Below, piece after piece: positions 8,890-18,791 of a stretch of DNA of 37,266 bases (within the stretch, counting starts at the first letter, position 1; each line of letters starts with the position of its first letter). The position numbers were made by a program, and so were the translations under genes. The stretch covers positions 1 through 37,266 of IMG/VR virus record IMGVR_UViG_3300025084_003228. One strand, given 5' to 3'. The notes beneath the pieces were generated by a model, which ran no database searches, was not told the DNA's origin, and saw only the letters and a list, made by a program, of their open reading frames with translations. Source of the stretch: a virus (taxonomy: Duplodnaviria; Caudoviricetes).

Positions 8890-10647
8890 ATGAGAAAGTT
8901 TATTTTTTACATAGTAATCGCACTACTATTTTGTAATGTAGGATACTCCCAAACCAAAGTAGATACACTAAAAGTAAAGACTTTAGATGAGGTTGTCGTG
9001 GTTGCAGGAACTAACTACCAAGTTAGACAAGTATATATCGAACCTAAGATATATGAAAGGTCAATACAATTACAACAGACAAGTCCGGGTCAACTAAGTC
9101 CTTTCTTAGGTGGATTCACAGGTAACCAAGTTGATCAAGTCATAAACGATATAAGGTTTAATAGTGCATTATTCAGAACAGGTCCTAATCAATACTTTGG
9201 GTGGGTACCTATGAATTTTACTAAGAGAATAAGGATTAGTGATGGAGGTAATATAGGTGGTACAATTAATAGAGAGTTAGGTATCGACTCATCATCAATA
9301 AAACTATCTTATGATGGTGGTGTAAATGGAACAACTAATTATATTTCTTACAAAGAAGGTAAGTTTGGTATTGCGGTTAATAGTATTATAAACGATAATG
9401 TAAGGTCCGTGGGTGGTGAGATACCACACAGTTCTTATAATCAGAATTCATTAATCACTGAGTATCAATGGTCTAATAAAAATAAAACTACTTTTCTCTT
9501 CACCCAATCCAACGATTTAGAGAGAACTGATAAATGGAATGGTGGTGAAAGAATAAATGGTTTCCAAGATCCTAAAATCTATACGTGGGAATTACAGAGA
9601 TATATTTTACTTAATCATAAGTACGATTATAAGGATCTAAAAGTAAACTTTGCATATCAAAACTTCTCAGAAAATATACTCAACAAAACAACAAGAATAA
9701 AAAGTAGATTAAATTCGTTCACTATAAATGGTGAATATATGGTTAGTGACAATCTTGAACTATATACATCTAATGTAATTGAACATATTGATTACCAAAC
9801 TGAAGGTGTTGATTATGTCCCTAATGACCTTTACAAAACATTCAAACAAGGACTTAGGTGGGATATAAAACTTAAAGGGTTTAATGTGTTTGTAAGTGGT
9901 GGATACAAGACAGTAAAGATTACAGATATTGAACCATTCAGTGGATTCGAAAGTTCCTTTATTATAGGTAAGAAGGGTTTCTTTGGAAGTTATGTAAGGT
10001 CTTTAAACGCACCTAGCTACCTTATGGTAAAACAATCTATTACAACGGGTAAGGCCGAGCAACTACCTAATCCTGATCTTAAACAGGAAAACTCAGACTC
10101 GTATAGGGTTGGGTATAAGAATAGGGGTTTCTATGTGGACTTTAATTATAGGTTATTGAATGATGCAATAAGTACCATATTCATTAATTCAGATACCATC
10201 CAAACAGTAAATCAAGGTAAAATAAAGGTATGGTCATCAAATGTGGGGTTTAATAAAGATAACCTACTTAATAGGGGTATTAGTCTTAAGTCTAGGTTAG
10301 AATATGTTTATGGTAAAACATCGACAGATGAACCAATCAACAAAGTTTCTCCATTTAGAACCTACGTTAAGATAAGTAAGGATAATTTGTGGGTAGATTG
10401 GTCATTTCAAATTAAAGACGATGAACTATCTGAAAACGATTTGAATGATGTTAGACAGTATGCCCACAACAAGGGAGTGAACATAATCTCTGTAGGTTAT
10501 GACCATACGTTATTTAAACATAAAAATAATCCTATTAATTTGGGAGTATCCGTTTATAATATTCTAAATAATGAAAGTAGAATAACTGGATCATCAACAG
10601 ACTTACCTAAGAGGTCTGTGTTGTTCAATTTAAAAATGAATTTATGA
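8890..10647 (+). CDS. TonB-dependent receptor-like outer-membrane protein (compact, about 585 aa)
   Basis: ATG at 8890 gives a signal peptide (MRKFIFYIVIALLFCNVGYSQ). Also 'TLDEVVVVA' TonB-box-like segment, plug-like 'QQTSPGQLSPFLGGFTGNQV...RFNSALFRTGPNQY', 'PNPDLKQE', 'VYNILN' and terminal beta strand 'RSVLFNLKMNL'. Confidence 0.8.
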   Translation: MRKFIFYIVIALLFCNVGYSQTKVDTLKVKTLDEVVVVAGTNYQVRQVYIEPKIYERSIQLQQTSPGQLSPFLGGFTGNQVDQVINDIRFNSALFRTGPNQYFGWVPMNFTKRIRISDGGNIGGTINRELGIDSSSIKLSYDGGVNGTTNYISYKEGKFGIAVNSIINDNVRSVGGEIPHSSYNQNSLITEYQWSNKNKTTFLFTQSNDLERTDKWNGGERINGFQDPKIYTWELQRYILLNHKYDYKDLKVNFAYQNFSENILNKTTRIKSRLNSFTINGEYMVSDNLELYTSNVIEHIDYQTEGVDYVPNDLYKTFKQGLRWDIKLKGFNVFVSGGYKTVKITDIEPFSGFESSFIIGKKGFFGSYVRSLNAPSYLMVKQSITTGKAEQLPNPDLKQENSDSYRVGYKNRGFYVDFNYRLLNDAISTIFINSDTIQTVNQGKIKVWSSNVGFNKDNLLNRGISLKSRLEYVYGKTSTDEPINKVSPFRTYVKISKDNLWVDWSFQIKDDELSENDLNDVRQYAHNKGVNIISVGYDHTLFKHKNNPINLGVSVYNILNNESRITGSSTDLPKRSVLFNLKMNL

Positions 10648-11660
10648 TAGATGTAATATTAAATAACCAACACTTCCTTATATACCTTTCATTTATAATG
10701 GTTATAACAGGTATTTTAAAAGAGAGAGGGTATTTGGTAGATGTATTTAGTTTAATACTTAAAACGGTTAAATCTAAGAAGTTAGTTTTATTTCTAATAT
10801 CTTTATTTGGTGGGGTGTTACCTATACCCGGTAGGGTTGCGGTTTCTGCGGGTATACTTGATACCATTGCACCTAAAGATAAAGAAGGGAGAGAGAATTA
10901 CGGAATAATTGACTACCTGTCAACACACCATTATTATATATGGTCACCATTAGAAAAGACAGTTATAATACCTATGGCAATTTTAGGTATCACATATGGG
11001 GAACTAATGAATATGGTTTACCCATTACTTATAATATCCATAGTCGTTATAGGTACATACATTTACAAATTTAAAGACGGGAACATTGAAATACCTAAAG
11101 ATCACCAGGTTAATTATAAGAACATATATTCAATATTCCTACCCTTCATACTAACATTAGTATTGGCGGGTTTAACGGATCGTTATTTACCTTTATTTTG
11201 TGGATTCACCCTTTACTTAGTAAGTTACTCCAATTCGTGGGGTAAACTATTAAAACACGTCAGATGGAGATTAGTTTTGAGTGTGGGTATTGTGATTATT
11301 GTTTCTAATCTTATTTCGTTATATGGTAATGAAATAAAAACTAATTTAGAAGGGTATACATCCGAACATAACATACTCTTAGTTGGTACCTTATGTTTTA
11401 TTGGATCATTTCTATTAGGGTCATCAGGGAAGTACGCAGGGATAGTCTCATTAGTAACCTCTATTATGGGAATACAATATTTTCTATTCTTATTTACCAT
11501 GTGTTATTCAGGTTACCTTTTATCCCCAACACACAAATGTATCTACATTGGACAACAGTATTTTGGTACTCCAATTAAAAAATATTTATTATCCATTTCG
11601 GTTTGGGTAATAATTATGATAGTCTATAGTTATTTAGACTTGACTTTTACAATTAAATAA
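10644..11660 (+). CDS. Multi-pass membrane transporter-like protein (IT superfamily/DUF401-like)
   Basis: About 10 hydrophobic segments; 'GGVLPIPGRVAVSAG', 'HHYYIWSPLE', 'GYLLSPTHKC'. Start overlaps the receptor's stop (ATGA). Confidence 0.7.
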   Translation: MIDVILNNQHFLIYLSFIMVITGILKERGYLVDVFSLILKTVKSKKLVLFLISLFGGVLPIPGRVAVSAGILDTIAPKDKEGRENYGIIDYLSTHHYYIWSPLEKTVIIPMAILGITYGELMNMVYPLLIISIVVIGTYIYKFKDGNIEIPKDHQVNYKNIYSIFLPFILTLVLAGLTDRYLPLFCGFTLYLVSYSNSWGKLLKHVRWRLVLSVGIVIIVSNLISLYGNEIKTNLEGYTSEHNILLVGTLCFIGSFLLGSSGKYAGIVSLVTSIMGIQYFLFLFTMCYSGYLLSPTHKCIYIGQQYFGTPIKKYLLSISVWVIIMIVYSYLDLTFTIK

Positions 11661-11668
11661 ACTATATT
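11640..11668 (+). promoter_or_regulatory. TTGA-N19-TATATT promoter-like motif
   Basis: ttgacttttacaattaaataaactatatt upstream of 11685. Confidence 0.6.
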
Positions 11669-11684
11669 TTTAAAAAATAACATT

Positions 11685-12128
11685 ATGTCAACAAAGTTAA
11701 CAATCGATCAAATCCTACAATTAGATGCGGAAATAAATGGATATACTAATCCTCAAAATGGTGAAGTAGTCTATGAAGGTTTTGCAGCACAACCATTATC
11801 AATCTTATTGAAATATGAACTTAGAGAACTCTCTGAGAAATTAAAAGATGAAAGAGGTAAAGTTGATGAACTAAGAAACGAACTAATAGAAAAGTTTGGC
11901 GAAAAAACAGAAGAAGGTGGTATACAAATAACACCAACAATTGAAAAAAAGAAAGGGAAGAAAACTGAAACGGTTAAAAATCCTAAGTATGTAGAATTCT
12001 TAAATGAATATAATAAGTTACTAACTAAAGAGATAGAATTGGACCATCCAGTAATCACTAAGGACGACCTTAAAGATGCGGGTAAAACAAAGGACCAATA
12101 CAATGTCTTATTTAATTTAGTGGGGTAG
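11685..12128 (+). CDS. Hypothetical helical protein (DUF1617-like)
   Basis: 'RNELIEKFGEK...YVEFLNEYNKLLTKEIE' pattern seen in small phage proteins near tail genes. Confidence 0.5.
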   Translation: MSTKLTIDQILQLDAEINGYTNPQNGEVVYEGFAAQPLSILLKYELRELSEKLKDERGKVDELRNELIEKFGEKTEEGGIQITPTIEKKKGKKTETVKNPKYVEFLNEYNKLLTKEIELDHPVITKDDLKDAGKTKDQYNVLFNLVG

Positions 12129-12129
12129 T

Positions 12130-13230
12130 TTAAACCTTCTTTTTAATTATGATTTTCAAATTTCCGATTTGATATTCCCCTACATCGTAGTGTGGAATTG
12201 ATAATCGGATTTTGTTTATTGTGTGAAGATCTTCTTCGTTCATTGATTCGGTTTCAATAATCATCACGTCTACAATATCACATAATAAGAATTTAGATCT
12301 TAAATCGTAGTTAGTGTTAGGTTGTTCATTTGCAATATATTCGGTGGGTGTAGTGCCACCTAAATACAATTTATCAAAATAAGGTTCTAACTTATATAGG
12401 TGTTTGTCACTCCTCAATTCAATACCCATATTAAACGTTGGGTAATTAAAAATTTCATCTTCCCAATAATACAGTTCGTTGAATGTAGGTATTGTGATAC
12501 CCCATTTACGTATAAAGTTACGTATGTTTCTATGTTCACTTAATTTACTTTCTTCGGACCTTAACACTCTACTTGTTTTAGAAACAAAGTGATATACTAC
12601 AGCACACTCTGTTGTCTTAAGTAAGTAACCTTTTAATTTGGCTCTAATAATGAAATCATCATCTTCACAGAAAAAAGGATCAAAAGTAAAACCATCAAAT
12701 AAACCAACATCAATAAATGTTTTCTTATAACCCGACATAAAAAATGTACCTCCATTAACTAAGTCCTTTCTTTCCTTAACTTTGTCAACGTATTGATCAA
12801 ATAAGTGATAATTAAAATCGTTAAATCCTCTACCTAATTCTAATATAACTTTACCAGGTCTTTTATGTCCTTTAAAAATTGGGGGTTCAATAGTAGTGTA
12901 TGTAATAAGAGATTTTTCATCAATCAGTTCCGATAGATTCTCTAAAAAATTCTTACCGATGACCATATCATTATGAATCAAAACCAACTTATCTGTATCA
13001 ACTAACTTTATAGCTGAATTATAATTGTCTGAGAAAGTTAATTGGTCATCATCGTGTATAAAGGAAAGGTTATCATCATCCAAAGATTGTAACCAATCTA
13101 ATGTACCATCTGTAGAACCACCACTACTAATCACCATAGGTGCGTCAGGATATATATCCCTAACCCTCTCATAGGTATTCTTAGTATAGTCTAAGTTGTT
13201 AAAAACAGCAAGTACTAAAGATATATCCAT
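12130..13230 (-). CDS. Glycosyltransferase family 2
   Basis: ISLVLAVFN, GGSTDGT, IHNDM, FDPFFCEDDDF, VYHFVSKT. Confidence 0.9.
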   Translation of the reverse strand: MDISLVLAVFNNLDYTKNTYERVRDIYPDAPMVISSGGSTDGTLDWLQSLDDDNLSFIHDDDQLTFSDNYNSAIKLVDTDKLVLIHNDMVIGKNFLENLSELIDEKSLITYTTIEPPIFKGHKRPGKVILELGRGFNDFNYHLFDQYVDKVKERKDLVNGGTFFMSGYKKTFIDVGLFDGFTFDPFFCEDDDFIIRAKLKGYLLKTTECAVVYHFVSKTSRVLRSEESKLSEHRNIRNFIRKWGITIPTFNELYYWEDEIFNYPTFNMGIELRSDKHLYKLEPYFDKLYLGGTTPTEYIANEQPNTNYDLRSKFLLCDIVDVMIIETESMNEEDLHTINKIRLSIPHYDVGEYQIGNLKIIIKKKV

Positions 13231-13835
13231 TATTTATTAGTATCATCAAATATTGAAATGAATAGTCGTTCGAAGATCCACGGACCTAATACTCTATCGA
13301 CACACAACTCGTTGGCCTTTTTATAAAACTCCACACTTCTCATTCTGATCGTATCTCTACTAACCGCAAATATTGCACCAGCAGTAAATGGGTATAGTTC
13401 AAGGGGTGGGTCTTCAAATAGTTCTACCCAAACACCATTTATATCCATACCTCCGTGATGTGGTAAACCGTTTGGTTTTGAATGTAAAACTCTTTTATAA
13501 TGATGACTATTACTAAAAAATAGTGATTGGTTAGGTTTTTCAAAAACCACTGATCTATTTGTATTTGGAAACTCTTTTAAAACCTCTTTGTAATTTGTAA
13601 CGTGATCAAATGGATGTCCTTGAGTAAAGAATACCCAATCACTTAAATTATCGTAATTTTTTATTATGTGAGTTAGATACGTGTTACCTTCTCGACCAAT
13701 GTTAGGTAAATTAATAGAATCTTCGATAGGTTCCCCTTTATTATATAAAAAAATTCTATAATCGGAAAACTCCGATAACCAAGATATATCCTCCTTATAC
13801 CTACTTACAATTAAATCACCTTTGTAGTTCGTCAT
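13230..13835 (-). CDS. DUF3431-like glycosyltransferase-associated protein
   Basis: IVSRYKEDISW, NIGREGNTYLTHI, FTQGHPFDH, GAIFAVS, FERLF. Start moved to MTNYKG (13835) to minimise overlap. Confidence 0.7.
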   Translation of the reverse strand: MTNYKGDLIVSRYKEDISWLSEFSDYRIFLYNKGEPIEDSINLPNIGREGNTYLTHIIKNYDNLSDWVFFTQGHPFDHVTNYKEVLKEFPNTNRSVVFEKPNQSLFFSNSHHYKRVLHSKPNGLPHHGGMDINGVWVELFEDPPLELYPFTAGAIFAVSRDTIRMRSVEFYKKANELCVDRVLGPWIFERLFISIFDDTNK

Positions 13836-14445
13836 AATAGTTATTTTGTTTTTCTTGTTTTTTAATATCTTTATGATGTATGAGTGAAAATGTTTCATCC
13901 TCAGGTAAGTTAGTATATGTATTATAGTTTACTAACCTTTCATGTACTTTACCGTACCATCTTATTCTACTTTCTTTTTTCCATATTCTTGTCTGAGTGT
14001 CAGGAAAATTTACCCACCCTATGGAGTTTACATTCCAACCCCACTTTTTAATGTGTTCGTCTGTCAAACCTTCAACAGTATTCACTCTCGAAATTAAGAA
14101 TACTTCGTTTTTAGGGTTCGCCTCAAGTATCGTTGGTAGATAGTTGATTAAATTTAAATGAGGTATTTCATCCGCATCAATTTGAAAGATGTAATCACCA
14201 TTACAATAATCTGAAAGTGTATTTTTCCACTCACCAAAATGACCATCGAAGAAACCTCTCCACATTTGAAAGTTAGGTAACTTATTATGTTTGACTAACC
14301 ATTCCGATACTTCTTCGGAACCATTTTTCTGATCGTATAAAACAACTATTTCATCCTTAGGTCTTTTGGTCCTAAGTAGAAACTCAACGAGACGTTTTAT
14401 TTCTTCGAATTCATCACAGACAGTTATTGCGTAACTAATTTTCAT
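13816..14445 (-). CDS. Glycosyltransferase family 2
   Basis: KISYAITVCDE, DYIFQIDADE, FPDTQTRIW, GKVHERL. Confidence 0.9.
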   Translation of the reverse strand: MKISYAITVCDEFEEIKRLVEFLLRTKRPKDEIVVLYDQKNGSEEVSEWLVKHNKLPNFQMWRGFFDGHFGEWKNTLSDYCNGDYIFQIDADEIPHLNLINYLPTILEANPKNEVFLISRVNTVEGLTDEHIKKWGWNVNSIGWVNFPDTQTRIWKKESRIRWYGKVHERLVNYNTYTNLPEDETFSLIHHKDIKKQEKQNNYYDELQR

Positions 14446-15291
14446 TTATAAACTTTTTATATAATTTTCTAATCTATCTTTTGGTATCCATTTTAGTCTT
14501 TCTACCATATCGTTATTTTCTCTAAGTGTGCATCGGTAATTACCCTTCTGTTCAGGTATTAATATATGGTCAACTTCAAACTTATTTTTAAACATCGAGT
14601 ACACTTCATTGATGGAGTAATTTATACCCGTCCCTAACTCCCATGCATCATCATGAGACTTATCGGTCATCCCAATTTTATAAAGACCATCTACGATATC
14701 AACAACGTGTGTAAAGTCCCTTCTTTGTTCACCGTCACCTACGATTGTTATTTTCTCACCATCCCTTACCTGTCTTCTCCAAATACCTATAACTGCTGCC
14801 CAATCTCCATCGACAACTTCATTAGGTCCGTAAACATTATAGAAACGTGCAATTTCACAGTTTAAACCATAAACCTTACGATACATTTTTAATATTTCCT
14901 CACCAAGATGTTTGTAACACGCGTATGGTGATTGATATGGGTCATGCCATCTTGAAGACGAACCCGCATAAATAACTTTAGCCCCAATAGTTTTTGCGAA
15001 TTCACAAACCATTTGAGTACCGGTTACATTAGTATCGTAAGTTAGTAATGGATTTTCAAAAGAGGGTTGTATTCTTGACAGTGCGGCTAAATGATATATA
15101 ATATCAAAATCTTTATCCATAAGATCAATTAACTGTATATCACCTGTATGATAGTTACATCCATCAACTTCATTCTCAATTAAACCACTATCGTAATTAT
15201 CTATTGAGTGAACATCGTGTCCTTCTTTTAATAATCGTTTTATAAGGTTAGTACCGATAAACCCTGCACCACCTGTTACTAATATCTTCAT
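14446..15291 (-). CDS. NAD-dependent epimerase/dehydratase (extended SDR)
   Basis: KILVTGGAGFIG, HLAA, YACYK (YxxxK), RFYNVYGP, GDGEQRRDF. Confidence 0.93.
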   Translation of the reverse strand: MKILVTGGAGFIGTNLIKRLLKEGHDVHSIDNYDSGLIENEVDGCNYHTGDIQLIDLMDKDFDIIYHLAALSRIQPSFENPLLTYDTNVTGTQMVCEFAKTIGAKVIYAGSSSRWHDPYQSPYACYKHLGEEILKMYRKVYGLNCEIARFYNVYGPNEVVDGDWAAVIGIWRRQVRDGEKITIVGDGEQRRDFTHVVDIVDGLYKIGMTDKSHDDAWELGTGINYSINEVYSMFKNKFEVDHILIPEQKGNYRCTLRENNDMVERLKWIPKDRLENYIKSL

Positions 15292-16556
15292 TCCTTTTCA
15301 ATTTTTTTTAATTCAGGTAAAACCAATTTAGTTTTCTTTGGTTTAACTGCGTTTATTATTACTGATTTTAAAATATCTTTAAACTTGACTGTCGTTGATT
15401 CTAAAGAGAAGTTATTTTCATTCTCTTCTTTAAGAAGTTTAGACTTTTCTAAGAACTCTTCATACTTGTCTTTCACAATTTTAAACACCTCAATAACTTC
15501 ACCGTAATTACACGTAAACCATTTAGATTCTTTAAGTATGAAATCATCTGAGGCACTCTCATGTACGTTGGTCAACTTACCACCTAACATTATTGCTTTA
15601 TCCATTGGTAGGAAATCTTTGTGACCCGACCAATTAGATGCAATTATCGGTTTACCCGTCATAGAAAATTCTAATAGAGGTCTCCCAAATCCTTCACCCT
15701 TTGTTAGAGTTACCATTGATTTTACCTTAGGGTGGTTGTATAAGTCGTTCATCTCATTATCGGTGAGTTGTCCAAACAATAAGTAAATTTTGGGTGGACT
15801 ATTATAAGACGATGTAATCCTTTGTATTTTCTTTCTCATCACTTCCCTTTGTTTAATAGAGAAGTTAGCACTGGATGTCTTTAAAATTAATCCAGGGGAA
15901 TCCTCAACACCATTAAACGAATCACAGAAACACTTAATTAACATACCCACGTCTTTCCTGTCTTGTCCAATGTCACCCTTTAACCAATGACCAACAAATA
16001 AGTAATTAAAATCATCTTCTAAATCTAACTCTAAGTCCGATTCTTTCTCATAGTATATTGAAGTATCCACACCTTCATGAAGAACTTCTAAATCTACATT
16101 TATTTTATGTTGAGAGATTAACTTACCTGTTACTTTATCTGTTTCATTATAGACGGTTTGTAGTAAAACATCTCTAGAGAAGGTGGATGTGGTTATAACC
16201 TTATCCATCCTATTTATTCCATCTATCCATTCCTTAGGTGCTGCGGTGGTTTCTATACCCGCTGTGACACCAATATTATACTTACCCTTCCGTTGAAATT
16301 CGTTAGGTACAGTCACTTGAATATACACGTCAGGTATGAAATCTAAACTACTTACAATGTTCTCCTCTATCCAAGTATGAAATAAATTCACCTCGGGTTC
16401 TAAAGCGGTCATGGGAGTCTTACCCCAGTTACAACTGTCAATGTATATGTCAAATGAGTCCATATCATATAAGGACTTCAACAAATCTCTTGAGTGAGAA
16501 CCATAACCACTTAAAGTCTTAATTGGTCCTCTAAATAATAGTTTCTGTTTAATCAT
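15288..16556 (-). CDS. Glycosyltransferase family 4 (GT-B)
   Basis: SGYGSHSR, RKDVGML, TKGEGFGRPLLEF (Ex7E), PIIASNWSGH. Confidence 0.9.
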   Translation of the reverse strand: MIKQKLLFRGPIKTLSGYGSHSRDLLKSLYDMDSFDIYIDSCNWGKTPMTALEPEVNLFHTWIEENIVSSLDFIPDVYIQVTVPNEFQRKGKYNIGVTAGIETTAAPKEWIDGINRMDKVITTSTFSRDVLLQTVYNETDKVTGKLISQHKINVDLEVLHEGVDTSIYYEKESDLELDLEDDFNYLFVGHWLKGDIGQDRKDVGMLIKCFCDSFNGVEDSPGLILKTSSANFSIKQREVMRKKIQRITSSYNSPPKIYLLFGQLTDNEMNDLYNHPKVKSMVTLTKGEGFGRPLLEFSMTGKPIIASNWSGHKDFLPMDKAIMLGGKLTNVHESASDDFILKESKWFTCNYGEVIEVFKIVKDKYEEFLEKSKLLKEENENNFSLESTTVKFKDILKSVIINAVKPKKTKLVLPELKKIEKE

Positions 16557-16568
16557 ATTGTGTTAAAT

Positions 16569-16781
16569 CTAATCCTTTGGAAAATACTTGTCTAATGTTT
16601 CTAATTTATCGTCAGCATCTACCAGCATTGATAACGCTTCTTCAGCGTTTTTATAGAAGTCACCTGTTGAGTGATCCCCAATACCTGACCCTTTAGTCCC
16701 TAAAAGATCTAAAGTTAAAAGTGCCTTTGATTTCTCTGCCAATGCACTTGTTCTTAGCATCTCTATTAATTTTTCGTTCAT
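16569..16781 (-). CDS. Small hypothetical phage protein (GIGDH motif)
   Basis: 70-aa helical ORF within the operon. Confidence 0.65.
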   Translation of the reverse strand: MNEKLIEMLRTSALAEKSKALLTLDLLGTKGSGIGDHSTGDFYKNAEEALSMLVDADDKLETLDKYFPKD

Positions 16782-16795
16782 ATTATAGTTTTTAA

Positions 16796-18178
16796 TTATG
16801 TTATTTTAAATAATTCAAATTTTTTCTTAGGGGTGAATTTGGATAGTGACTTCTCAATACCTTTAACTAATGAATTACACATAGTCTTAGTTGAGAAGTT
16901 TTTTACCATATATTTTCTCCCTATGAGTCCTCGTCTCTTTCTTTCCTCTCTACCTAAATTGTACATTTCTCTTATAGAAGAAACAACATCATAATGATTG
17001 ATGCGGTCATCAAAAATATAAGGAGTATTAACTGACCCATTTAGTGTTGTTGATGCTGGCCATACAGGACTTACCCACTCACCATGAGTAACCTTACCTT
17101 CCCACTTCTTAGGGTCATGGAGTGTACCTATCTCTATGTAGTCATCGGCCGTTATTAACTTACCATCCAATTCAAATCCACACTGGTCCTGTAATCCACC
17201 AGTGACATTTACTATTATTGGAGTACCACACATTACAGATTCGGCAGTGGTCAAACCAAAACCTTCATTGTTTGCAATGTTAATAGTACAATCAACTGTA
17301 TTATAAATTCTATTTAACTTATCCTGATCAAACTTATCATTAGTAAATTTTACATCATACTTAGGACATAACTCATTAACAACTGCAACTAAGTCAGTTC
17401 CGTTTTTATCTATAGACCTCGTATGCATTAGAAGTAAACATTTACTTGATTCTTCTTCGGTAAGTGTGTCACAAAATGTTTTGTATGTGTATATTACATC
17501 GGATGGTTGTTTACGTTTAATATTTCTATTATTAAAGAACAAAATAAAGTCATAGTCTTTGTCACCGTGTATAAATTTCCTCATTTCATCATCAACCTCT
17601 ACAGGTTTAAAAGTTTCAGGATTTATACCGTGAGGTACATAACTGACTTGCCACTTCTTCAACGGTTTATGAGTGACCTCCCTATTTGACATACCAACCC
17701 TATTAACTATACCATAGGTTTGTTTTGAAATACAACCTAACCAATCACAAGATTCGTAATAATCTCTATTATAATAAGGATCTGGTAAGTCATCCCATAT
17801 ATGGTAAAAGAAAATGGGTATCTGTTGTCTTATTTCATGTTCACTGTCGTATAACCATTGCCAATAGTGTGGATCAGTAAAATGTAAAATTGCATCAGGT
17901 TTCTCAATTGAAATTAATTCTCGTAACCTCTCAATATTACCATAACCATTTGATGGATATATTTTTACATTTGCGTCTTTTACTCCCGTTTTATTTCGTA
18001 CATCGGAATTAAGATCCACAATTTTACCAAACTCAGGGTGTTTTATAGCGGCACCCAACTGAACCCAATCAAATTTGTCCACACTACCTATAACCATTTC
18101 TTTTGACATGGTCGCCACACCTGATGTCATTCTCATGTCATCAGATAAAAGTAAAATCTTTTTCTTACTCATATTCAT
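16796..18178 (-). CDS. Glycosyltransferase family 4 (GT-B)
   Basis: KILLLSDD, VPHGI, NRNIKRKQ, NEGFGLTTAE (Ex7E), TGGLQDQ. Confidence 0.9.
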   Translation of the reverse strand: MNMSKKKILLLSDDMRMTSGVATMSKEMVIGSVDKFDWVQLGAAIKHPEFGKIVDLNSDVRNKTGVKDANVKIYPSNGYGNIERLRELISIEKPDAILHFTDPHYWQWLYDSEHEIRQQIPIFFYHIWDDLPDPYYNRDYYESCDWLGCISKQTYGIVNRVGMSNREVTHKPLKKWQVSYVPHGINPETFKPVEVDDEMRKFIHGDKDYDFILFFNNRNIKRKQPSDVIYTYKTFCDTLTEEESSKCLLLMHTRSIDKNGTDLVAVVNELCPKYDVKFTNDKFDQDKLNRIYNTVDCTINIANNEGFGLTTAESVMCGTPIIVNVTGGLQDQCGFELDGKLITADDYIEIGTLHDPKKWEGKVTHGEWVSPVWPASTTLNGSVNTPYIFDDRINHYDVVSSIREMYNLGREERKRRGLIGRKYMVKNFSTKTMCNSLVKGIEKSLSKFTPKKKFELFKIT

Positions 18179-18382
18179 TTAAAATCTTGAACCACTAACG
18201 GCTAATACATTATGACTATCAATCAAACTTCTAAACTCTTCATTAGTGTTATATAAATCTAAAGAACGATTTACTAATTTTTGAAAGTTAAGTCCGTCAG
18301 TCTCTATTGTTTTGATTCTGAATTGTTTGTAAGTGTTTTCTATAACGTTAACTGTAGTTAACTTTGTCTTTGCTTTACTCAT
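18179..18382 (-). CDS. Small hypothetical protein, possibly ribbon-helix-helix-like
   Basis: 'KLTTVNV' strand followed by two predicted helices; first gene of the glycosyltransferase run. Confidence 0.55.
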   Translation of the reverse strand: MSKAKTKLTTVNVIENTYKQFRIKTIETDGLNFQKLVNRSLDLYNTNEEFRSLIDSHNVLAVSGSRF

Positions 18383-18416
18383 ACTTGTATATATTTCTAT
18401 ATATATAATTTATATC

Positions 18417-18450
18417 AAAAAAATACCACGGTAGGTTAATACTGTGGCAT
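18417..18450 (-). terminator. Rho-independent terminator after the MGCGC gene
   Basis: Minus strand atgccacagta-ttaacc-taccgtggtat (one mismatch) followed by a T run. Confidence 0.6.
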
Positions 18451-18480
18451 TTAGTGGATTTATAACTTCACGTCTGTGAG

Positions 18481-18606
18481 TTACGAATTTTTCTTAGCCT
18501 CTTCAACCTTAACTATAATAGGACTGTTTGGTTCCTGTTGAATAGTTTTAGTTGTAGTCTGATTAGTTGTTTCTTGTTTTTTCTTTTTTTTACATCCACA
18601 TCCCAT
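18481..18606 (-). CDS. 41-aa basic peptide MGCGCKKKKKQ...
   Basis: ATG at 18606 within ORF 18481..18687; upstream TATTTAT motif and downstream terminator. Confidence 0.6.
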   Translation of the reverse strand: MGCGCKKKKKQETTNQTTTKTIQQEPNSPIIVKVEEAKKNS

Positions 18607-18791
18607 AGTATAAAGTGTTTTATAATAATTATTAGGTTTATTAAAAAGTAACGGTACTTTTGTAAAGTATAAATATTTTAAAGTCAATAATCAATAGTTA
18701 ATACCGAATAAAAGTTTTATTTTATTTCTGTAGGGGGGTTTCTTTTCTAATTTATTTTATGTATATTTTACTATAATCAAACTCAAATAGA

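Noticed and set aside
8890-18382. Cellular (bacterial chromosome) origin suggested by the receptor, transporter and glycosyltransferases
   Set aside because: These genes are contiguous with tail-fibre and phage-type genes and share promoter motifs and composition with them. No flippase, polymerase or housekeeping operon is present.
18383-18791. tRNA, CRISPR array or structured ncRNA in the largest gap
   Set aside because: No cloverleaf or spaced repeats were seen. The gap is explained by a terminator, the MGCGC gene and divergent promoter regions.
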